Source: an uncultured Clostridia bacterium (GTDB lineage: Bacteria; Bacillota; Clostridia; Christensenellales; CAG-917). Taken from it: a stretch of 64,000 bases of DNA. A model generated the notes under the pieces. That model saw nothing but the letters and a program-made list of their open reading frames with translations. It was not told where the DNA came from and did no database searches. The stretch spans positions 17,867 to 81,866 of the forward strand of contig CAUSLO010000001.1 in assembly GCA_963532875.1 (NCBI GenBank). The letters run 5' to 3'. This document shows positions 18,501 through 30,500 of the stretch, piece by piece. A program made the position numbers and the translations under genes. Each line of letters opens with the position of its first letter. Within the stretch, counting starts at the first letter, position 1.

Positions 18501-21500
18501 CATGGCACAAAACGTATTTGCGAAGTTAGGTTCTGTTATTGGTTTCTTAAAAGATTTAAAAGTTGAATTCATAGGAACAGAGGCGGGTCCAGACGGTCAT
18601 TTCTATATGAATATAAACGGCTTGAGATTGAGTGAGGCACAAATTGGATTCACAGGTTCATCAGCAGCGAATACATTCAAGTTTGAAGTAAGTGGGTTGA
18701 AAGTTGGAGTAGGTAATGACTTCACATTAGAAAATGCAACACAACCATTTGCAAAAATAGCAACAGGATATAGAGATGTCTTTGAAGATCCATCATATTA
18801 TGCACAAGCAAGAATGCGTTTTAATTTCGATATTAAGGATACGTCAATAGAGAAAATCAATTTACATAACAACGTTAAATTAGATTACACATTTGATATG
18901 AAGGGATCACTAGACTTCAGACCATTAGTTGAATATTTACAAGGAAAAGAAATCAATACATTATCAAACAATTCAGAATTTTTGATGGAGTTGAGAGGAG
19001 CAAACTTTAAAGATAACGTTACTGACGCAGATAGAGAATTATACATGGGTCTATATTATTCAGCAGGATATCTATATGCAGATTTCTCAAAATTAGGAAT
19101 AGATAAGACAAGAATTAAATTTGATCTATATGAGACATTACTAAAGTTATTATTAAAGGATAACAAACTTAATATAAATGGTGCATCAACAACAGCAAAA
19201 ACATGTGAACCAGCAAATCAAAATCCAAACGAAGTTGTTGACTTAGGTATTAAGTTAGGAATGTTACTTTCATCAAAGACTTTACAACTGAAAGTCTTAG
19301 GACAATTAGCAGAAACTATAATGAAGTTGTTCAAGGTTAATGTTGGTAACTTAAACGTAGCATTGAACGTATTCCTAGAACAAATTCTAAAGACAGATAA
19401 GATTGGAAAAGAATTCTCAGAAGTAGATGCAGATGCTGAATTTAAGGTTGAGACATCAGATCATAACGGTCAAGAAACTGCCAAACTTAATATAAGTATT
19501 AAAGGATTGGCAGCAGAAATTGGACATCGCCCAATTAAAATAAAGAAGGGAGCAACTGATTATCAAACATTGCCAGAATATCTAACGGAGCATTCATTTG
19601 ATCAAGTAGACCTATTTGATAAATATGGCGATTTAAAATTCAATGGTGGTTTCTTTGAAGCAAAGGGAAACTTTAGATTTAAGGCAGATGCATCAACAGC
19701 ACATTGGACAGTAGGAAAATGGATTGAACAGTTATGGTCTAAATTAGACAAAGATGGGAAAGTACCTGCAGATTTAAAATCAATGATTGGACAGTTAGCA
19801 TTTAACTTCAATATCCCAATCAATGTCGAACAAGAATACGGATATCGTATTGCTGCTAAGTTAAGAACTGGTGGCACAACATTTGATTTTGCTGACAATG
19901 CAAAGTTCATAAAATTAGATCAAAAGCCATCTGATGCAACATGGCAATCAGTGGACTACAAAATATATAAGTACAATGAATCATTCAGAAAGTTTATGGA
20001 ACTAACGGCTGATGAATTAGCAGGGCCTTTAGCATATAACGGAGATGTATTTAGAAAAGCATATAAGGATGGTGAAGGTAACAAATTTGAAGAGATAACT
20101 GAAAAAGAAAAAACTGACATAGATAACATAAACGCAAGCACAGAAAACGGCAAGAATGAATTAAATAAAAAAGACCTATATATTAAGGAAGGGGATGAAT
20201 ATTTAAGATTACGCACTGAAAAAATTCAAAATTACCCAGGCAAGATATATAAGAGAAAAGCACCATTTGATGTAAAGAAAATTCTTTCTAATTCAGATGT
20301 AGCATTAGAATTCTATGGCGAGAATATAAATAATATTAAATTCAACAAGAGTGATGTAAATGACCCTAAATATTTTGGAAAGGCAGCAAAATTATCAGTA
20401 AGAGTTGAAAGCCAAGGGACAACAAATTCACAAGGAATGGGATTAAGTACTGTATATATTGATTACGGCAAATTCCACTTCAAGGTTGAAGATATTGCAT
20501 TAGAAAGTTTATTTAAAAAGGATGGTAGCAATCAAACTTCTGGTGCACCATCAACACCTCAAAATCCTCCAGCAAATAAGCCATCTATTTTAGATTTAAT
20601 CAAAAAGGCAATTAGTGGGGTAGAAATTGATAATACAGCAGTGGTTGCAAAAATTGCAGAGAAATTCCCAGAGTATTTGGTTAAGCATTTCTTCAATATT
20701 GATGTTGATTCTAACTTTGTAAAATTCACACCATACTCACAATTATCATTAGCATGGGCTAACTTAGGATTTAATTTCCAAGTTGGAGTAGAACCTTTCT
20801 TATTAGGACTTGAATTATCAAAGTGGAGATTGAGTCTAAGCGAAGATGCTACAGTTATGCCTGAAGGTTTTGACAGAACGAAGTATGCGTCTCCAAAGAG
20901 CAAAGGCACAATTTCAATGAATACAAAAGGACAATTGAAACTTAAATTGACTGACGACAACAGAATGGTTCTTAAGTTCCAAGATTATTTGGCAGCATTT
21001 AATTCTGACATTCTTACAAACTTAGGATTAGAGGTTGAAAAGAATGTTGAATATATATTCTCAGCAGCAATGTCTACAAATATCGATTTGGCAGATCCTA
21101 GCAGAACTCAAATTGTATTTGAAGTATATAACAACAATACAAAAGAATTCTTGTATGCATTCTATATAAATGGAGATAAGTTGTATGTAGATAAGGGAAT
21201 CTTTGGAAAGAAGACTAGACTACCAAATAGAAAAACTTACACGTTACAAGGCACAGCATATGCATCAATGATTGTTAATGAACTTAATAATCTATTTGGC
21301 ATGGTTAGTGATAAGTTAGCAGCAAGAACAACAAGCCCAGACCAAGATATTTCATTAGGAATGAAAATATTACAAAAGGGAATTGGAGTTTCAATTACTC
21401 AAAAAGTTGTTTTAGCAATTTTGGGTACATTCTTAAAACAATCAAATCTTGTAGATACGATTAACAAAATTCCAGATGTAGATCTAAAGGTATTTGCAGA

Positions 21501-24500
21501 TGCAGACTTTGATAACTGGAATGTAGATGTAGGATTTACAAGTAAAATTGGATCTTTAAAATTAAGTGTTATTGAGCCTAAAATCTCAACAGAGTATGAC
21601 AACAACATAACGAATCAAATTGAAGAAGCCAAAAAGTTTATGCAAATTTCTCAAGGGGAGTATGATGATTTGCCAGCAACTTCAACAGATGGATTATCAA
21701 AGGCTGATTTTGAAACAGATAGATATGACTACGATGTAACAAGCACAAGCGGTTCAAAATATGTTGTAAATACAGATGGAAAGTTCATGAAACTTAAAAA
21801 CAAATCAAGATTCCACGCATATCAAAGAACAGGTATCATGACATTTAATATGACACTTGAAGTTGGATATAACGTATTGTCAACATATAAGAGGATACCA
21901 GAAGTAACAAGTGGTGAAGATCCAATTGAAAAGTATTCATATAACAATAGATATAGAAGAAATGACGCAGACGGTTCGTTTGAACAAAGCGATACTGGTA
22001 GATATGTTAAAACACCATTGAACCTAAACGGAATAATTGAGACATTGCTACAAATTCAAAAAATTAGAGAACAACTAGAAAAGACAGAAATAACATTAAA
22101 TAAAGGAAAGGCAACAGAAAAAAAGATTTCATTATTAAGTATTCTAAATAGAATAGCATTAGAGAATGCCGTTAATGATGATTTCAGTGATATCTATTAC
22201 TTAACATTAAAAGGAAGAATAGACACTGATGCACTTAACCTATATGAAATCTTAACAGGTCAAAAGAGACTTGAGGATGTAAGCATTGACTTAAATGATA
22301 TTGTTAATGCAATACAATTAGGATTCGAGTTAGAAATAGGTAAAGGAACACCACAATATAAGAAGATGGGTATCTATCTAATTAAAGGTCAAGTGTTCTT
22401 GAAGATGAATGAAATCGCTGGATTTAACGTAAAATTAGATTTATATGATTTTGCTAAAGGTTTCGGAATCTTAGATCAAAAATCACAAATCAGAGAGATA
22501 TTGACAGCGGGTGGCGTAAGTTCATTAAATCCAAAGAAAGACAAATATGGAATTGAAGGAACTGATGGAGAACAAACTCCAGAAAACAGAGGCAATGATA
22601 AACTTAAGAAATTTGTAAAGATTGTTGATTCAATTGTTAAGTCAATTGTACTGAGAAGCAAATTAGATATAGAGCATTCAAGTCATCTTGACATCTTATT
22701 CCAATCAAAGATAATTCAATCAGTATTTGAATTGATATTAAAAAAGAAAGTAGATAGTTTAAAAGATTTAGCACTAAATGATGAGAAGTCTGGTATTTTT
22801 ATGCAATTCCCTGAAGATGAAACTGGTAACCAAACAAAGATAAGATTTGCTATCAGAACTAAGAACAACAACGGCGTTGAATACGGTCAAGATTTAACAA
22901 TTGGTGCAACTACAGAAGTAAATGTAAATTCTCAATCAACAGAAAATATATTGAGTGATGCTGAAATTAACTCATATACATCAATGGATGGATATGTAAA
23001 CAACATCATTGATATTATCGGCAAGATTACAAAAGAAAAGTATCAAGCAGTAAACAGCGATGTAATGCACTATATGTTTACTAAATATGATGAAAATGAT
23101 ACAGAAGCAAAAAATAATAAAGATAAATACGTATATAAATTTACAGAAAACAAAGATGGCGACACAGTTATAAGCGGTACATTCCATAGAATTCTTGCAG
23201 ACAAGATTTCTAATGTAGAACAAAAAGATAGATACATGAGAATAAACGTTATATATATGAACGGCAAATTCTACAAGATAGTATTTAAACAAGATAACAA
23301 AGGAATGTTCATATATGATAAAAACCTTGGCGACTATGTAATAGCAAAACCTGACAAGTTGGCAAGAGTAGATGCAAAAAATCGTTTTGGTTTTACATAT
23401 GAAGAATTATCAAGCGAAGAAGTTGAAGGAATAAATGGTTCAAATCCAACTAAGCACTTAGCAGTATTAGATGGTTCTCATATCGGTGTTGGCATTAGAT
23501 ATAAGACATTATCTAAGAGAAATGGTTCAGATGTAAGTGGTGATCCAAAATCAGAAGTATTATTAAAAGAAAACAATGGATCAAACCCAGTTGAATATTA
23601 TTACTTTGAAAAAACTAAAGAAGGCAACTATGTCCTTAACAAGTTCCCTAAAGTATACAGAGCAATGACAAAGGCGGAGATTATTAAATTAAATAATAAC
23701 GAAGCAACAACTCCAGAAGAACAGAAGACAAATAGATACTTTAAGTTCTCAGTTAAGAAACAAGACGGAAAGAATATCGTTACTAAGTATGTTAAAGATT
23801 CAGCAGGTGAATTTGTATTTAATGACATGACATACGAATTTGAACCATATACATCATCAAGCACAGGACAAAGATATCGCAAAGTAGAAGAAGAACTTCC
23901 ATATGGGACGATTCTATACAAGAAGACAAATAGAATTACAACAGATGACCAATTTGTTTCATTTGAAGGAACAATGGTTACAACAATGGATATTCTCGAC
24001 GTTAAGGAATATAGCACAAGTTCATTAGGTGGTATTCTAGCAGAAACATTTAAGCAAATGATTTTCAAGATTAAAGCACGTTCAACATTTAATGATGGTA
24101 TCGGCTTTAGATTGAGAGGAAACGTTGACTTAAAGAAATTTGATTTCAAAGCATTGATGTCTGGCGATTTCAAATCATTCTTAACTAAGACTGAATGGGA
24201 TGCATTGCAATTAGCATTTGAAATTGTTGAAGTACAAAATGGAAAAGTTGTTTATACAAACGACCCAGAAGGTAGATTAGACGCTGACGGAAATATTCTA
24301 CAAGTACCAAAGGTAAGGGGAGGAATTTACTTCTCAAATAATAAAATATACTTTGACGGTGTCGATATCTTCGACAATGTTAAGACATATACATATATCC
24401 CTAACTTTGATGCATTACTAAAGAGCGTTCCAGATTATATTGAAAAAGGAAAGAAGTTGTTAGAGGGATTAAAAGAGTCATTAAAGAAGATTAAGACAAC

Positions 24501-27500
24501 AGATGGCGGAGAAGAAGTTGATAGAGATTCAAGTCTAGAATTCTTGTTCTCAAATGAAGCAACACAATTAACTTTAACAAAATCTATAATCAAGTTATTA
24601 GTTACATTATTTCTACCTCAATTAGGGAATATTGACAATGTATTTGATCAATTTGATTTCAGCGTTGGTATGGATTACGGTGAGAACACATACAAAAAGA
24701 TTAGCGATGTAATTAACAATACAGATGAATTAAATAAGATTGCTCCACAAGATTATAGATACGAAGCAACAAATGCAAGACTATATACACCAGCAGATGA
24801 AAACAATAAGGATAAATATGTATATGAACAAAAAACTGGTGTAGCTGGTACATATTATGTTTATGCAAAGGGTGAAAGTGGAGTTGGTAAATATCGTGTA
24901 GACTTTGTACAGAATGCAGGCACACAAGGCAGATATGTAGCAGTTTATGCAGTTGGAAAGACATTCTACAGATTCATTGTTCCACAAGAATCAAGATATA
25001 GTAAGTTTGACACAGTTCAATGGGTATCTAACCCAACATTGGGAAGATATGCAAAGGCTTCAAATGGCGGTATTACTGAATACTTTGACTTAGAGCAATA
25101 TCAAATATATAAAGATGAAGGTGGTGCTAAAGTTGCTACGAAAGAACGAGCACCAGGCGTTAGATATATTAGATATGGTTCTGTATATTACACAATTGAA
25201 GGATACTTTGATAGAAAAATTGGATATGTACATGATGAAAACGGAGATTACTTCAAATATAGTACAAAGTTCAGAAGTTTTGACAGAGTTGGTTTAGCAG
25301 CAGAACTTAAGATTGGTAAATCTAAATTTGTAGGCAAACTTACAGGTCTAAAATTAGACTTTGGTAAAGATGAAATATTGTTACCAAAATATGTAAGAGA
25401 AGGTAAGAGCAAGAATAACATTAATAAAGATGTACCTTTAAATAACTACACAGATACAAGATTGTCATTCTCAACATCAGTAGACTTTGAGGCTGCTATC
25501 ACAGAAGGACAATTTGATTTAGGCAAATTGGTTAGCCATATAGTTGGAAACATTGCTGGTGTTAAGATGGAAACTCCTGCAACTGCAAAAGGATATTCAT
25601 CAGGACACTTCAGAGCAGATCTTAAATTCATGCTTGATTTAAAGAACTACGGTAACTCTGAAATCAACTTTGAATTAAAACAAATCAGCGAAGTTGGAGT
25701 ACCAAACAAATGGTTAGGATTCTACTTTGTAAATGACATTATGTACATGGATTTGAGTTACTTTGGACTACCAAAAGTTAGCGTTTCTTCAGTATCGGTG
25801 CACAAGTTAGTGACAGATATTTTAGAGAAAATTAAGAAAGGCGAGAAGTTAGATATTAAAGATATCATCAAACAAAATGCTGGGGCATACACAACAGAGG
25901 CAGTTTCAACATCTGATGATAACCAACTTGCTGGAACATTCTTATTCGATAAGAGAAGATTAACAGTTGCAATTACAAAGTTATTAATCAACTGGATTTT
26001 AGATAAGGTAGAAATTGCACCTGGCAAGACATTAAGATATTTGATCAACCAAGAATTAGATTCTAATGTTGACGTAAACATTGATGTAAGAGATTCATTG
26101 AACTTTGGTGCAGATGTAATCTTTAAACTTAAAGGTGAAAAGTATACAAAGGTTAATGCAAGTGAAGTAGTTGATGACAAGACACTTACATACTTTGATT
26201 TTGTAGCAGATTCAGACGGAAGATATATCCAACTTGCAAATGGCGAATTTAAGATGCTTGCTAGAAATGAAGAAAGTTCAAATCAAAGATACAAGAAGAG
26301 AGAAGTTGTAAAACGTGGTACAAATTGGTATATCGCACAATATGTACAAGATAATGCCGGAGAGGTTGTCTTTGATTCTAGAACACGTGAATATAGAGCA
26401 ATAAAAATTGGCGAATACGTAGAAGAAAGATATAGATTTAAACGTAACCTTGTAGCGTCAACAGTAGGAGATATTTATAAGGTATCAAAGAGCACAACTC
26501 TTACTGATAATCCATATGACACTACATTAAAGATTTCATTCGGAATCAGTGATGCACAACTATACTTTACAGATGGTCAAAACTATTCATTAACAAATGA
26601 TGTATTGAAAGGATATGTAGACATTGAAGAAATCAAGACCCTACAATTCAAAGATACAATTGATATAACAACCCTTGTAAGAAATACAGATATAATAGAC
26701 TTTAAGGATTTACTTGCTCATTTCTTGCCAGCAGATCAAATTCAAAATATTGAAGCATTAGTTAAGAATGGCGAAGGCGTAGACTTAAATTACAAGTTTG
26801 AGTTAAGACTAGAAGGAGAAATTAAACTTGCTGCTTTGGTTAACTACTTGAGAAAGACAGTTGCTCCAGATGCAGAGATAGACTTCTTCTCAAGAAGATT
26901 TACAATATTTGACGCAATTAAGTTAGTGAAGGATTTATTCGAGAAGAAAGATCTTAAGATTGCAGAGTTGTTAAATTATGTAAATGCAAAGATTGAGTTA
27001 TACGTAAATGGAAATCCATTAAAGGGAACAGACGGAAAGACATACTTCGGAGATCAACATAAGGTTATCGGAATGTATGTTAAACCTGATACTTATGCAG
27101 AACTAACAGCAGATGAAAAAGATAGCACAAACTTAAAATATGTTGCACCTAATAAAAGATACAGCCATTACTTCAAGAACAAAAATGGAGCATACATATA
27201 TAGAGATGGCCAGTATGTTTCAGCAGGTTCAGAAAAGGTTAATACATACAGTTATGATCCATTTAACTGGTATTTAAATGAAAATGGCGAATATAAGAAG
27301 ATAGGCGGAAGTCTAGATATTGATTTAAGTTACTTAAGAGTTAAGAGTTTAACTATTTCAATGGAAGACCTAGTATTATTGGCAAATGACTTGTTGAGTA
27401 AGAAGACAAGCAAGACAACGGCAGATACACCATTTGCAGATAAGAAGTTGAAGTTCCCATTCTTAAATAATGAGATAAGTTCTATAATCACAGCATTCTT

Positions 27501-30500
27501 GTATGGATTTAGAATGACTTCATCATATGTAAGGATGTTAGTAACTCCAGATTATATTAATCAAATACTTAAGTTGATTGCTAAGGATAAAGATCCAATT
27601 GTATTCAATACACCATTTAAAGATTCATCATATGTACAAATGAATACAGAACTTGTTAACTATAAGTTCAAAGAAGAAGCACATGCAACTGCAGATGAAA
27701 TCAAAACCACACCAAATAGATTTACCTTAAAAGAAGCAGAGTACGGAGCATACTACAAGACTCAAGATGGTAACTATGCACCAATTGAGGCGTTGTCAAA
27801 GAGTGAATTGGCAGACTACTTAGCAACTGGAAAGAAATTATACGATATAGACAGAATTGAAGGATATATCTATGTTGACGGAAACAGAGATAACAACTAT
27901 GACAACGTAAGATATAACGGAAAGTACTACTTACCAACAGACAATACAGTAAGCAGTTTGGGCGATGACTACTTGTTACCAATATCAAAATCAACACAAG
28001 ATGAAAGAGATCGTGCTAGAAAGAGAGATCTTGGTGGTGGAAAGAGCACATTCATGTTACACGTTCCAAAGAAGGAGAAAAGAGGTTGGTATAAGAAGAA
28101 TATTGACGGATCATTCACAAAATTTAAGAGTGTAACTGAGAGAAATCAATATATCTTTGAAAACGGTGAAGGTTCTCTATATACATTTACAAATACTGAT
28201 GTATTACAAACTGTAACTGGAGAAGTTGGAACTCACGTAGTTTCACCAGTAGGCGAAATTACTCCTTCAGCGGGTGGACAATATATTTACCCAACTACAG
28301 ATGGAACATTCTTGCTTGGTGTAAATACAGATAAGAAAAAACCAATTTTAACGGCGAAGTTCTATATTTGGGACTACAGCACAACAATTGATTTGAATGT
28401 ACCATCATTCTCATCAAGACAAATTAACTTTAAATCTGCTACAGCAGATACATTGTTAGAGCATAACAGATATGTTGAAAAACCAGTATATGGATACGAG
28501 AGAGAAGATTTCGATAGATTTAAAGACAAATATACAACTGGTGGCAACTTTGATCCTGATAAGTATTATGCAAATCCAAATTATGTATTCTATCGTGATC
28601 CACAAGCAACAGTTGGACAGATCAGTACAGAAGATACATATCATAAGTTAGACATCAACGAATTGTATGAGAAAGACGCTACTGGATTTACAAAATTAAC
28701 TGGAACGATAACACTTGCACAATGGCAGAAGATATTTGAAGATGATTCAAACATCTATATGAACGTTTTAGATGGAAGACAAAAAGTTAAACTTGGTAGC
28801 AGAAACGTATATACAAAAGAGGAATTGAGAAAACTTCACAGTATTGTTGACGGTGGAAATTTAATCATGGATCCAGATCCAGAAGTTTCACCATATGAAA
28901 AACCAAATAAAGCATATTTAGTTAAGAAATATGATTATGCTAGCACAGACGGATATGTATATGATATTGAAAATAATAAATATGTACTTTACTCAACATA
29001 TACAGCACCATATGGACTAGATAAGACAAAATTAACAAGATATGAAGAAACACAAGTTTCATATAAACGTGGTGATGAAATATTCAACGTTTCAACAACA
29101 ATACGTGGTGGAATATTCTTGAATAACGCATATCTACAAATTGCAGAATATGTAAAGATGCAACAAGCAGTAAACCCAAGTTATCAAATTAGTGATATCC
29201 CAGCAGATCGCAGATATAGGAATGAGGCTGGTAAGTATATTCAAGATAACAACGGTGATTATGTAATTCTAAATCCAAACGGTGAAAGTGAAATAATCGG
29301 AAAGGTTTTGGGTGCATTGGTTGGACAATTAAATGGAAGAATAGATGTAACTAAAGGCTTCACTGGTGAAGTACTATTTGAAATGAAATTGAACTTAACA
29401 TTTGAAATGCACGTACAACCAGAATTAGAGTTCAAGATTCATGATTTAGACGTTGCATTTGATGTATGGAGAAGAAAGAACGACAAGAACGTCGGTGGAA
29501 CATTAGAAGATGGTTCACTACAACATATAATGGGTCTTTACTACAACAAAGATACAGAAACTGGCGAAACAGGCTTGTACATGGATTTATCATGGTTACT
29601 TGGTGAATCTGGTAAGTTATCAATGAAACTTGAAAACTCAGCAGTTGAAGAAGTTGTTGGAAAGATTATTACAGAAAAATTAATCAAGAAGAATGACAAG
29701 AAACCATCAGCACAGACAACAGCACCTGTAGAACCAAAGATACCTGGAGCAGACGCAACAAAAAAGGCAATATACTTGTCAATGTTCAAGAATACAGTTT
29801 CTGTAGACTTAACTGTAGGGATTTTGAAGACAATACTTGGTGCAGCAATGGAGAATGCATCAAAGATAACTAAGTTATTCCCTAACTTTAAATTGTATGT
29901 AAAGGGCAATTCGTTGCCATACTACTTAGCAGCAGGAATGATGTTGTTTAATGAAAACGGAACAAAGGCTTTAGTTGATATATCTTTGAGACTTGAAGGA
30001 TTGAACGGAAACCCTGAGACATCATCAACAGTTGAATATTCTTCAACAGAAGAGCACAACGAAGCATTTGAAAACAGCAGAATGAAAGGACTTGATAATT
30101 CAGAATATGATCAAACTGAAGCAAGCAAATATACATTCTATTATGCAAACTTCTCACATAAACAAAATGGTAACTTTAGTACAGACAAGACAACATGGAA
30201 GAAGGCATACCTAAGAACACCAAATGCTGGTGATTTTGAAAGAGATACAAAAGACGGAAATACAGTTCTATACAAAGAAATCAGACCACAAGCAGTTCCT
30301 GGATACTATAACAAGTCAAAGATATTCACATTGGCTGAAGATGGTAAAACATATATTGAATTTGGAACAAAATATTCTGGAAAGACAATATATGAAGAAA
30401 TAGTTAATACAGATGACTTTAAGCGTAGCAAAGATGCGTTGTTTGTATTTGAGAATCAAGTATACAGACGTGTATCAAAGGCAGAACTTGCAGGATATCA

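Noticed and set aside
23628-24173. Antisense ORFs inside the giant genes, such as this 181-aa one. Others are 34137-34643, 30993-31448, 40872-41303, 25758-26180, 20559-20960, 53673-54029 and 55695-56117.
   Set aside because: They are shadow ORFs of a long A-rich sense frame. They have low-complexity Ser/Leu/Phe/Ile-rich translations, no RBS and no recognisable motifs. Their lengths are those expected opposite a strongly biased coding strand.
23113-24825. A possible DNA-level repeat inside the giant gene, suggested by the duplicated peptide NNKDKYVY.
   Set aside because: Only 24 nt are similar, with three synonymous differences, and the flanks are unrelated. It is a protein-level motif, not a repeat element or an assembly duplication.
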